From: an uncultured Actinomycetota bacterium
GTDB taxonomy: Bacteria > Actinomycetota > Actinomycetes > Mycobacteriales > Pseudonocardiaceae
Reading direction: 5' to 3'
NCBI GenBank assembly: GCA_963728105.1
Contig: CAVSJZ010000033.1
Location: 40,847-104,846 of the forward strand
Length of the DNA stretch: 64,000 nucleotides
The translations under genes and the position numbers were made by a program. Each line of letters begins with the position of its first letter. The first letter of the stretch is position 1. The notes beneath the pieces were generated by a model, which saw only the letters and a list, made by a program, of their open reading frames with translations, was not told the DNA's origin and did not search any database. Shown in pieces: positions 20,001-30,544 of this stretch.

Positions 20001-20034
20001 CGCTGCACGTGTACGGGTTCGGCCATCTCGACGG

Positions 20035-20532
20035 TCATCCCGGAAGCCCCTCCCGCGTCGTCCGTACGCGGCACAGCACGGCCGCCGCGGCGTCGACCTC
20101 GTAGTACTCCATCCTCGTGAGCGGGGGCGAGTAGGCGTGAACACTGACCGCCGGCGTCGACGACCGGTTCATGACGTCGTGCACGTGCCCCAGCGGGAAG
20201 CCCTGGCTGCGTTCGGCCGGCAGTGGCCGGACCCGGACCCGACCGCGTCGCGGGACCCAGTAGCTCTCGGACAACATCCCGGACACGACGGTCAGGGCGC
20301 CGAGCGAGCCGCCGTGGTCGTGCAGCTCGGTCGCCTGCCCGGTCGCCCAGCCGATCAGCCAGACGTCGACGACGTCGTCGCTGCGGAGCCGCCGGTAGCA
20401 GCGGCGGTCGGGATCGATCAGTACGTCGTGGCGACCCGCCCGCACTTCGACGGCGACGGACCTGGTCAACGCGGTGAGCCCGCTGAGGTCCAGGCCGCGG
20501 CCGGTGAACGTGGGTGCTCGAACGCCTCTCAC
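20035..20532 (-). CDS. Cysteine dioxygenase family (cupin) protein
   Basis: 'VWLIGW..GQATELHDHGGS', 'HVHDV', 'SVHAYSPPL'. Confidence 0.88.
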   Translation of the reverse strand: MRGVRAPTFTGRGLDLSGLTALTRSVAVEVRAGRHDVLIDPDRRCYRRLRSDDVVDVWLIGWATGQATELHDHGGSLGALTVVSGMLSESYWVPRRGRVRVRPLPAERSQGFPLGHVHDVMNRSSTPAVSVHAYSPPLTRMEYYEVDAAAAVLCRVRTTREGLPG

Positions 20533-20647
20533 AGCTGCGCCGCCTTCATCGGTGTGTGCGCGGCGAGGCAGCACGTGGTCCGGACAGATCCAGGCGCGCT
20601 TGAGGGCACCATTGTGGCATGGCGGCGACCGCCGCCACGTCGAGGCG

Positions 20648-20752
20648 GAACCGGGCGCGGGGCTGTATGCTGCGGAGCGGTTGCTCCAGAACCCCGGCGA
20701 CGCGCGCGGTGGCAGGGTCCCCCGCGCGGCGGTCCGAAGGGGGTTCCGGATG
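20648..20752 (+). promoter_or_regulatory. Putative promoter (-10 TATGCT, 20666-20671) and structured 5' leader, copy B
   Basis: Homologous to 5477-5578; GAACCCC (20689-95) can pair with GGGGTTC (20740-46) over the SD. Confidence 0.65.
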
Positions 20753-21022
20753 TCCGAGCCCTGGGAGAACCGAGGCGGCTGGCGTCGCGACGCAGCGTGC
20801 CGTTCGGTAGATCCAGAGCTGTTCTTCCCCATCGGGACGCGCGACGCCGCTCTCGTTCAGGTCGCCGCGGCCAAGGTGGTCTGCCGCCGCTGTCCGGTGG
20901 AGCCGGCCTGCCTGGGCTGGGCCCTGGCGAACGCCCAGGTGGCCGGGGTGTGGGGTGGCACGACCGAGGCCGAACGCCGCGCCCTGCGGGCTCTGCCGCG
21001 GCTGCTGCTCGCTCAGCGATGA
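20750..21022 (+). CDS. WhiB family Fe-S transcriptional regulator
   Basis: 'WRRDAAC..VDPELFFP...AKVVCRRCPVEPACL...GVWGGTTEAERR': four Cys plus the GVWGG turn. Confidence 0.95.
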   Translation: MSEPWENRGGWRRDAACRSVDPELFFPIGTRDAALVQVAAAKVVCRRCPVEPACLGWALANAQVAGVWGGTTEAERRALRALPRLLLAQR

Positions 21023-21044
21023 TGATGCGCTGCCCGACGTCGTC

Positions 21045-21967
21045 CTGAACCTCAGCGCCACCGACGCCTTCGCCCGACTACGGGCCTACGCTTTCGCTGA
21101 ACACCGGCTCCTGGGCGACGTCGCCCGCGACGTGGTGGCCAGGCGTCTGCGATTCACCGATGACACCTGACCACCACGGGCGCCCCGCCAGTCTCCGGAG
21201 GATGCGAATGACCACCGCAGAACACAGCCGCGAGACGCTACTGATCACGGCATTCGTCGAACTCGCCGACACCCTCGTCGACGACTACGACGTCATCGCC
21301 CTGCTCGACCGCCTCGCCGGCCACTGCGTCGAACTGCTCACCGCCGACGCCGCAGGCATCCTGCTCGCCGACGCCCACCGCAACCTACGCGTGGTCGCCT
21401 CCACCAACGAACAGACCGCCTGGATGGAGCTCATGCAACTACAGGCCGACGAAGGCCCCTGCATCGAATGCTTCCGCACCGCCACCCCCGTCAGCGTCAC
21501 CGACCTCTCCCGGACCACCCACCGATGGCCAGGACTGACCACCGCCCTCACCGCCGTCCACACCGAAGGCGAGCCCTACCGCTCCGTGCACGCACTCCCC
21601 CTACGCCTACGCGGCGAACCGATCGGCGCCCTCAACCTGTTCCACCACCAACCCGGACCCCTGCCCCCGCCGACCTGGCCGTCGGACAAGCACTGGCCGA
21701 CGTGGCCACCATCGGCATCCTCTCCGAACGCGCCATCAGCCGCGGCGAGGTACTCAACGAACAACTCCAGGCCGCCCTCAACAGCCGCGTCATCATCGAA
21801 CAAGCCAAAGGCGTACTCGCCGAACGCGGCAACATCGACATGGACGCCGCCTTCGACCGGCTCCGCCGCTACTCCCGCGACCACAACCTCAAACTCAGCG
21901 ACGTCGGCCGCCAGATCATCGAGGCCGACCTCGCCACCGCCGTACTCGCCCGCCAACCAGCCCGGAA
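21045..21967 (+). repeat. Direct repeat copy 2 (3' end of ANTAR-1 plus nearly all of ANTAR-2)
   Basis: Matches 6869-7792. Confidence 0.95.
21208..21967 (+). pseudogene. Second copy of the GAF-ANTAR gene; 1-bp deletion at 21664-21668 and no stop codon of its own
   Basis: Same protein as 7032-7814 up to 'GPLP'; the ANTAR half runs in frame into the 22020 gene. Confidence 0.75.
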
Positions 21968-22019
21968 GGTCCCGCGGCACGACAACCGTGACCCCCACCG
22001 CGGCGCACCGGCCGCGAGC

Positions 22020-22838
22020 ATGGTGACCGGCCTGTTCTTCGCGCTCTGCGCGATGGTGCTCAACAGCGGGGCCGGCCTGCTCCAGTCCGACGCGACCCGG
22101 CGGACCCGCAGACGACACCCGCTGGTCGTCCAGCCGCGCTACCTCGGCGGACTCCTCGTCGACGGGCTCGGCTGGGCATGCACCGCCATCGCACTGCGCC
22201 ACCTGCCCGTGTTCGCCGTCCAGGCCATCCTCGGTGGCACCATCGCCATCACCGCACTCGCGGCCCGAACGCTCTTCGGCTCGGCGCTGCGGCCGGTGGA
22301 CCGCGTCGCGATCGGCGCCTGCCTGCTTGGGCTCGTCCTGGTGGCGGCGAGCGCGGGGACGCAACCCCCGCCGGCCGTGTCGGTGACGGCCTACGTGGTG
22401 CTGTCCGCCGCCGCCGTCGGCCTCGCGGTCGTCACGGTCCGGCTGTGGCACGGCGATCGCGCCTGGCCGATGGCGGTGGTGGCCGGGTTGGGTTTCGGGG
22501 CCACGTCGCTGGCGGTCCGGGCCGTCGTCGACCAAGCGGGAGACCTGACCGGGCTGCTCACGCAGCCCGCGCCGTACCTCGTGGTGGTCTTCTGGGTCGT
22601 CGGGCTGGCCAGCTACACGCGAGCCCTCGTCCTGGGCACCCTCTCGAGGGTGACCGCCGTGTTCCTGGTGACCGAGGTGCTCGTCCCGGGGCTCGTCGGG
22701 GTCGTCCTGCTCGGCGACACCGTCCGCGCCGGCTGGTGGTTCCCCCTGGTCGTCGGGCTGCTGCTCGCGGTGGCGGGCGTGGTCGTGCTGGCCCACTCCC
22801 CCGCCCAGGCACCACCGCGACCGCGCCGGGTCCGCTGA
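22020..22838 (+). CDS. Multi-pass membrane protein (DMT superfamily-like)
   Basis: About 9 TM segments; 'YLGGLLVDGLGW...ALRHLPVFAVQ', 'PGLVGVVLLGD'. Confidence 0.75.
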   Translation: MVTGLFFALCAMVLNSGAGLLQSDATRRTRRRHPLVVQPRYLGGLLVDGLGWACTAIALRHLPVFAVQAILGGTIAITALAARTLFGSALRPVDRVAIGACLLGLVLVAASAGTQPPPAVSVTAYVVLSAAAVGLAVVTVRLWHGDRAWPMAVVAGLGFGATSLAVRAVVDQAGDLTGLLTQPAPYLVVVFWVVGLASYTRALVLGTLSRVTAVFLVTEVLVPGLVGVVLLGDTVRAGWWFPLVVGLLLAVAGVVVLAHSPAQAPPRPRRVR

Positions 22839-22859
22839 GATCGGGCGGGCGCCGACTCG

Positions 22860-24575
22860 TCACACGGGCACCCGCCAGCTCAGCCGGGTGCCGCCGAGCG
22901 GCGCGCGCCGCACGATCAGCTCACCCCCGCACTCCTCGGCCCGTTCGGCGAGGTTGCGCAGCCCGCTGCGGGCGACGCCCGGGTCGATCCCGACGCCGTC
23001 GTCGACGACGTCGATGAGCAGCTCGTCCCCCACTTCTATGGTGACGGTGACGCGCTCGGCGCCGGCGTGCCGCACCGCGTTGCTCACCGCCTCCCGCACC
23101 ACCGCCAGCGCGTGCAGGCCGGTCGGCCGGGGCACCAGGGTGTCGATCGCCCCCGCCAACCTGACCGACGGCACGACTGCGGAGCCCTGTGACGCGTCGG
23201 CCGCCGCGTCCAGCAGGAGGCGACGCAGGCTGGTCGCGTCCTCGGCACTCGTCGCGTGCAGGTCGAAGATGGCGGTGCGGATCTCCCGGACGGTCTCGTC
23301 GAGTTGCTCCACCGACTGCTGTACGCGCATCTGCACGTCGGGGTCGGCGGTGCGGCGCAGCACGCCCTGCAGCTGCAGGCCGGTGGCGAACAGCCGCTGG
23401 ATGACCTGGTCGTGGAAGTCGCGCGCGATCCGGTCGCGATCGGCGAAGACGGCGAGCTGCCGTGCCGCCCGGTCCTTCGCCCGCAGCTCCAGCGCGAGCG
23501 TGACCTGCTCCGCGAACGATCCCAGCAGGGGGACGTCGCCGGGCTGGAAGGGGTCGGCCCCACGGATCCGGAGCGCGACCAGTATCCCGATCGCCCTCCC
23601 GCCGGAGTGCACGGGCGCGGCGACCGTCGAGCCGTAGGGCGGAAGCTCCACACCGGCGTGGGCCAGTAGCAGCCCCGGGTCGTCCGTGACGACGCTGACG
23701 CGCCCGCCGACCACCTCCCGCACCAGCGGAGCGCGCACGTCCAGCGACACACCCGACAGGCCCGGTTCCCCCGCGCCGCAGTGTGCGCGCACGACGAGGT
23801 CCGCCTCCGGCTCGCCGGAGCCCAGCGCGAGGACCGTCGCGTCCGACCGGGTGAGCTCGTGCGCACGCCGGGCGATCAGCCGCAACGCGTCCTCCTCGCT
23901 GGCGCCCGCGAGCAGCTCGTTGCGGATCTCGGCGGTGGCCTCCAGCCAGAGCTGGCGCAACCTCACCTCTTCGAAGAGGTCCGCGTTGTGCACGGCGATC
24001 CCGGCCGCGGTGGCGAGAGCGGCGACGACCGCCTCGTCGTCGGCCGTGAACTCCCCGCCCCCGTTCTTCTCGGTGAGGTAGAGGTTGCCGAACACGACGT
24101 CGCGCACGCGGACCGGCACCCCGAGGAACGTCCGCATCGGAGGATGGTGCGGGGGGAACCCGGTCGACGACTCGTGCGCGCCCAGATCAGGCACGCGCAC
24201 GGGCCGGCCGCCGCGGACGATCTGTCCCAGGAGGCCCTTCCCCTGCGGCAACGTGCCCATCAGCGCCCGCGTCGCCTCGTCGATGCCCACGTGGATGAAC
24301 CGCGAGATGCTGCCGTCCTGCGCGAGGACGCCCAGCGCCCCGAACTGCGCGTCGGCGAGGTCGACCGCCGCCTGGACGATCCGCCGGAGGGTCGTGTCCA
24401 ACTCCAGCCCGTCGGCGACGGCGAGGACGGCGTCGAGGAGTCCCTGCATGCGACCCTGGATGGCCGACACCCCGGTGGCCGGCTGCTGGGCGCCGGGCGG
24501 CAGCTCATCGAGGGCGGCAACCGGCTGGGCGTCCGCGGTCGGGTGGGGCAGGCCGTCACGCCCATCGACCGACAC
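22860..24575 (-). CDS. DosS/DevS-like sensor histidine kinase (GAF-GAF-HisKA_3-HATPase)
   Basis: 'LLDAVLAVADGLEL..TLRRIV', 'GFPPHHPPMRTFLGVPVRVRDVVFGNLYLTEK', 'DRDRIARDFHDQVIQRLFATGL', 'EAVSNAVRH', 'DDGVG'. Confidence 0.92.
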   Translation of the reverse strand: MSVDGRDGLPHPTADAQPVAALDELPPGAQQPATGVSAIQGRMQGLLDAVLAVADGLELDTTLRRIVQAAVDLADAQFGALGVLAQDGSISRFIHVGIDEATRALMGTLPQGKGLLGQIVRGGRPVRVPDLGAHESSTGFPPHHPPMRTFLGVPVRVRDVVFGNLYLTEKNGGGEFTADDEAVVAALATAAGIAVHNADLFEEVRLRQLWLEATAEIRNELLAGASEEDALRLIARRAHELTRSDATVLALGSGEPEADLVVRAHCGAGEPGLSGVSLDVRAPLVREVVGGRVSVVTDDPGLLLAHAGVELPPYGSTVAAPVHSGGRAIGILVALRIRGADPFQPGDVPLLGSFAEQVTLALELRAKDRAARQLAVFADRDRIARDFHDQVIQRLFATGLQLQGVLRRTADPDVQMRVQQSVEQLDETVREIRTAIFDLHATSAEDATSLRRLLLDAAADASQGSAVVPSVRLAGAIDTLVPRPTGLHALAVVREAVSNAVRHAGAERVTVTIEVGDELLIDVVDDGVGIDPGVARSGLRNLAERAEECGGELIVRRAPLGGTRLSWRVPV

Positions 24576-24724
24576 GTCGGCCCCCCTGTGCTGCTCGGGC
24601 CCGCATCGGTCCGGACGGACGACACCCACGCTGTCACGACCGGGGAGTCGCCACAACCGTCGGGTCACCGGTGTGACCTTGTCGGTCGTCGGGAAGTGGA
24701 CCCGACGGAGCAGGGGCCCAGTTC

Positions 24725-25285
24725 TCAGGCGAGCCAGGGGACGCGCCGCACCAGCGGCGTCGCCGTCCAGATCCGGCCCATGCCGAGGGTGCTCCCCGCC
24801 CCCAGCAGCGGCAGCAGGGCGAGCACGCCCGCGTAGACGAGGTGGTCGTCCATGAACGGGTTGCTGGCCGGGGGCAGGACGGCGGCCCACATCAGGACCG
24901 TGACGAGGACCCCGACCACGGCGGCGAGGCGCATGCCGATGCCGAGGACCAGCGCCACCCCGAGGCCCAGCATCGCGGCCATGAACAGCACATCGACCAC
25001 GCCGTTGCCGGCGATCGACTGGAAGATCCCCGCGAAGGGGCCCTTCGACGATCCCAGGAAGCCCTTCGTGGGGCTCCCGCCGTTCAGCCAGGCCTTGGCC
25101 GCTGTGGTGTCGTGGCCCAGCCCGAACGTCTTGTCGAAGAACGCCCAGAGGAACACCCAGCCCAGTGCTATCCGGATGCCCGCGAGAAGGTAGCGGGCGG
25201 CGGAACCAACCAGTGTCCGGTCGGGGGCGGGGGCGGTGTCCCCGACGGCAGGGCGGTTCTTGGAGACGTCGACCAACGGACTCAC
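24725..25285 (-). CDS. DoxX family membrane protein
   Basis: 'RIALGWVFLWAFFDKTFGLG', 'WLNGGSPTKGFL', 'NPFMDDH'. Confidence 0.88.
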   Translation of the reverse strand: MSPLVDVSKNRPAVGDTAPAPDRTLVGSAARYLLAGIRIALGWVFLWAFFDKTFGLGHDTTAAKAWLNGGSPTKGFLGSSKGPFAGIFQSIAGNGVVDVLFMAAMLGLGVALVLGIGMRLAAVVGVLVTVLMWAAVLPPASNPFMDDHLVYAGVLALLPLLGAGSTLGMGRIWTATPLVRRVPWLA

Positions 25286-25684
25286 GGTCCTTCACGATCT
25301 GAGGGGTCCCTCGACGCCGACGGCGGGGAGATGGCCTCACCGTGGGCCGCGCGGGCCCCGGGCGGCAGGGCCGTTGGTCACCGTGTCGGCGCCGTTGGGC
25401 GGCGCGGACACCGGGACCGTGCCGCGGTGCCGGCCGCCGGCGCCGGCGGGGATGCGATGGGCATTCGGCGGATGGACAGGGGCCCGATCGGCGGCCATCC
25501 TGTGACCGGAGTACCCGCGCCGCTCCGGCCTTCGGCGGCCCCGAGATCGTTGGCCGTACGGCTCGCTCCGCTGACGCACCGGCCGGGTCGGGCGGCGGGT
25601 GTCGGTGAGGCCGTCGAGGTCGACGTCGATCCGGTTCTCGTCATCAATGGGTGGTGGGAGTACCCACACCCGGCAGGGAGAGTC

Positions 25685-25837
25685 ATGACCGACAAGTCAC
25701 CGCGACAGTCGATGAGGAAGAAGTCCGGAAAGTCGCTCAAGGAGAAGCGCGCGATCAAGAAGGCCAGGAAGACCACCACGGACAGCCCTCCGATCGCGGT
25801 CTTCCATCCGGGCGAGTCCCGACCCCACCGCGCCTGA
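25685..25837 (+). CDS. Small Lys/Arg-rich protein (50 aa)
   Basis: GGGAGAG RBS then 'MTDKSPRQSMRKKSGKSLKEKRAIKKARK'; AAG-rich coding pattern. Confidence 0.7.
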   Translation: MTDKSPRQSMRKKSGKSLKEKRAIKKARKTTTDSPPIAVFHPGESRPHRA

Positions 25838-26052
25838 GCCGGCACCTGCCGGCCGCGGCCCGCCGAACGCGCACGGTGACGCGACTCTCGTGCTCGTGGA
25901 CACGTGGACTCCCTCGACCCGCGTAGCGTTGTCCTCGAGGGCAGGCGGGCATCGACGTCCCCGGCCGCCCCGGCATCCCGCTCGTGACCCCGGCGGGCCC
26001 GTGCGGCGCGATCGCGCCCACGTACCCGTGACCGAGGAGACGTGTCCCGAGC

Positions 26053-27030
26053 GTGACGACGACCCAGACCGTCCCGAGAACGTCCCCGGGCACCGGGACC
26101 CCGCCGGGCGGCGGGAAACCGGTGCTCGCAGGCCGCCGGCCGCGCGCCGAGGCCGCGCTGGTCTACGCCTTCACCCTGCTCCCGATGCTCGCGCTGGTCG
26201 CGGCCGTGCCGCTGGCCTGGGGCTGGGGCCTTTCCTGGCTGGACGTCGGCCTCGCCGCCGCGTTCTACCTGGTCTCGGCGCTCGGCGTGACCGTCGGGTT
26301 CCACCGCCACTTCACCCACCGCGCCTTCCAGGCCCGCCGGGGCCTGCGCGACGGGTTGGCCATCGCCGGCAGCCTGTCGATGCAGGGTGACGTCATCACG
26401 TGGGTCGCCGACCACCGCCGCCACCACGCCTTCACCGACAAGGAAGGCGACCCGCACTCGCCGTGGCTCTTCGGCCACACCCCGATCGCGCTGGCCCGCG
26501 GCTTCTTCCACGCCCACCTGGGCTGGCTGTTCAACCGCGACCGCACCAACGCCGAACGGTTCGCCCCCGATCTGCTCGCCGACCGCGACATCGTCAGGAT
26601 CAGCGGCCTGTTCCCGCTCTGGACCGTGGTCGGGCTGCTCACGCCCGCGCTGATCGGCGGCCTGGTCACGATGTCGTGGTGGGGCGCACTGACGGCGTTC
26701 TTCTGGGCGGGCCTCGTGCGGGTCGCGGTGCTGCACCACGTGACCTGGTCGATCAACTCGATCTGCCACATGGTCGGCGACCGCCCGTGGGCCGCCCAGG
26801 GCCGCGCCACCAACGTGTGGCCGCTGGCGATCCTGTCGATGGGCGAGTCCTGGCACAACCTGCACCACGCCGACCCGACCTGCGCCCGCCACGGCATCGG
26901 CCGCGGCCAGATCGACATCTCGGCCCGGGTCATCTGGGTACTGGAGAAGCTCGGCTGGGCGCACGCGGTCCGCTGGCCCACCCCGGCACGCAGGGCCCGG
27001 CTCGTCGCGCGCGCGGGCCAGGCAGCCTGA
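26053..27030 (+). CDS. Delta-9-type membrane fatty acyl desaturase
   Basis: His boxes 'HRHFTH', 'HRRHH', 'GESWHNLHH'; 'GDPHSP'. Confidence 0.93.
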   Translation: MTTTQTVPRTSPGTGTPPGGGKPVLAGRRPRAEAALVYAFTLLPMLALVAAVPLAWGWGLSWLDVGLAAAFYLVSALGVTVGFHRHFTHRAFQARRGLRDGLAIAGSLSMQGDVITWVADHRRHHAFTDKEGDPHSPWLFGHTPIALARGFFHAHLGWLFNRDRTNAERFAPDLLADRDIVRISGLFPLWTVVGLLTPALIGGLVTMSWWGALTAFFWAGLVRVAVLHHVTWSINSICHMVGDRPWAAQGRATNVWPLAILSMGESWHNLHHADPTCARHGIGRGQIDISARVIWVLEKLGWAHAVRWPTPARRARLVARAGQAA

Positions 27031-27051
27031 CCAGGCGCCCGTCGGCGTAGC

Positions 27052-27126
27052 GCCGGATTCCGGCGGTTCACGGGGTCGACCTTCCACACGGGCAACTGGC
27101 CGCACGAGCCGGCGTTGTTCCTCGGA
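27052..27126 (+). pseudogene. Relic of a Baeyer-Villiger monooxygenase gene
   Basis: Translates '[19 protein letters not shown]', the FxGxxxHxxxWP fingerprint. Confidence 0.65.
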
Positions 27127-27307
27127 ACCTCCGGCGGGACCGGGGAGAAGGCCCTGCTCGACGACGTGGACCGGCAGGGCCGGTGCCGTTCGTCCAGACG
27201 CCGCCGGGGTTATCGGCGTTGGTGATGGGCCCTGCTCCCATCCACGGTTTCCCCGCGCCGCCGGGCGCGGTCTGCTGGGCGGACCAGCACTTGTCAGGAA
27301 GGTCGCC

Positions 27308-28492
<1,185 letters not shown>

Positions 28493-28535
28493 CCCGGCCA
28501 CTCCACACCGGCGCACCCTCACTCGGGAGACAGCG

Positions 28536-30530
28536 ATGGCGGACAACGCCAGAACGGCACGGACCGCAGCAGAGCTCAACCACCTCCTCGACGAACTGGG
28601 CGAGGTCGAGACGTTCCCACCGCCCCCGGAGTTTCGCGCGCAGGCGCGTATCACGGATCCGGACGTCTACGCGGCCGCCGCGCGGGCGCCCGAGGCCTAC
28701 TGGGCCGGGCGGGCCCGCGAGCTGCACTGGGACACACCCTTCACCCAGGTCCTGGACGAGTCGGCCGCCCCGTTCGTGACGTGGTTCGCGGACGGGACGC
28801 TCAACGTGTCCTACAACTGTCTCGACCGCCACGTCGAAGCGGGCCTCGGCGAGCGCGTCGCCTACCACTGGCGTGGCGAGGAGGGCGAGGAACGCGCCAT
28901 CACCTATGCGGACCTGCATCGTGACGTCCAACGCCTGGCCAACGGGCTGAAGGACCTCGGCGTCGGCAAGGGGGACGTGGTCGGGATCTTCCTGCCGATG
29001 ATCCCCGAGGTCGTCGTGGCCATGCTCGCCTGCGCCCGGATCGGCGCCCCGCACAACGTCGTCTTCGGCGGCTTCGCCCCGGACTCGGTGCGCGAGCGGA
29101 TGGAGGCGTCGCACGCGAAGGCGCTCGTCACCGTCGACGGCGCCCGCCGCAAGGGGCGGACGACGCCCGTCAAGCCCGAGGTCGACCGCGTCATGGACGG
29201 CCTCGCCGGGCTCCGGTCGATCGTGGTGGTCCGCCACACCGGCACCGAGTGCGCCATGCGGGAGGGCCGGGACGTCTTCTACGACGAGCTGCTGGCGCGC
29301 AGCGAGCCGGTGTGCCCGGCCGAGCCGCTGCCGTCGGAGCATCCGCTGTTCATCCTGTACTCGTCGGGCTCGACGGCCAAGCCGAAGGGCATCCTGCACA
29401 CCACCGGTGGCTACCTGACCGGCGTCGCCGCGACCCACCGCGACGTCTTCGACCTGCGGCCCGACACCGACGTGTTCTGGTGCACGGCCGACGTCGGCTG
29501 GGTCACCGGGCACTCCTACATCGTGTACGGGCCGCTCGCGAACGGATGCACCAGCGTGATGTTCGAGGGCGCGCCGGACTACCCGGCCAAGGACGTCTGG
29601 TGGGAGATCATCGAGCGCTACGGCGTCACGAGCTTCTACACGGCGCCGACCGCCATCAGGGTCTGCATGAAGTGGGGCGCCGAGTACCCCGACAAGCACG
29701 ACCTCTCGACGCTGCGCGTGCTCGGGTCGGTCGGCGAGCCGATCAACCCGAAGGCCTGGCTGTGGTACTTCGCCGTCGTGGGCCACCAGCAGTGTCCGGT
29801 GGTCGACACGTGGTGGCAGACCGAGACCGGGCACATCATGATCGCCCCGTTGCCCGGGGTGACGGCGACCAAGCCCGGCTCGGCGACCCGCCCGCTGCCC
29901 GGCATCTCGGCGGCGCTGGTGGACAGGGACGGCAACGAGCTGGCCGAGGGCACGGGCCTGCTGGTCCTCACCCGGCCGTGGCCGGGGATGCTGCGCACCC
30001 TCTACGGCGACGACGGGCGCTACGTGTCGACGTACTTCGACGAGTTCGGTCCGGGGACCTACCTCGTCGGTGACGCGGCCCGCCGCGACGCCGACGGCTA
30101 TTTCTGGATCATCGGTCGGACCGACGACGTCATCAACGTGTCGGGCCACCGGCTGTCGACCGCCGAGGTCGAGTCGGCGATCGGCGCGCACCCGAAGGTC
30201 GCGGAGGCGGCGGTGGTCGCCGAGGCCGACGCGCTGTCCGGTCAGGCCATCGTCGCCTTCGTGACGTTGAACGCCGGCCTGGCCGGCGACACACTGGTGG
30301 AGGCCGAGATCCGCACCTACGTCGGCGAGCGGATCGGCAAGCTCGCCCGACCCAAGTCGATCATCTGGGCCGAGGACCTGCCGAAGACGCGCTCCGGCAA
30401 GATCATGCGCAGGCTCCTGCGCGACATCGCCGACGGACGCGAGCTGGGCGACGTCACGACGCTGGGCGACGCGTCCATCCTGGGGCGGCTCCAGGAGCAG
30501 GCCGCCGCCCGCGCAACGACGCCGAGCTAG
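28536..30530 (+). CDS. acs: Acetate--CoA ligase
   Basis: 'YSSGSTAKPKG', 'DTWWQTETG', 'SGHRLSTAEVE', 'PKTRSGKIMRR' (acetylatable Lys). Confidence 0.95.
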   Translation: MADNARTARTAAELNHLLDELGEVETFPPPPEFRAQARITDPDVYAAAARAPEAYWAGRARELHWDTPFTQVLDESAAPFVTWFADGTLNVSYNCLDRHVEAGLGERVAYHWRGEEGEERAITYADLHRDVQRLANGLKDLGVGKGDVVGIFLPMIPEVVVAMLACARIGAPHNVVFGGFAPDSVRERMEASHAKALVTVDGARRKGRTTPVKPEVDRVMDGLAGLRSIVVVRHTGTECAMREGRDVFYDELLARSEPVCPAEPLPSEHPLFILYSSGSTAKPKGILHTTGGYLTGVAATHRDVFDLRPDTDVFWCTADVGWVTGHSYIVYGPLANGCTSVMFEGAPDYPAKDVWWEIIERYGVTSFYTAPTAIRVCMKWGAEYPDKHDLSTLRVLGSVGEPINPKAWLWYFAVVGHQQCPVVDTWWQTETGHIMIAPLPGVTATKPGSATRPLPGISAALVDRDGNELAEGTGLLVLTRPWPGMLRTLYGDDGRYVSTYFDEFGPGTYLVGDAARRDADGYFWIIGRTDDVINVSGHRLSTAEVESAIGAHPKVAEAAVVAEADALSGQAIVAFVTLNAGLAGDTLVEAEIRTYVGERIGKLARPKSIIWAEDLPKTRSGKIMRRLLRDIADGRELGDVTTLGDASILGRLQEQAAARATTPS

Positions 30531-30544
30531 CGGGTAGGGCGACC

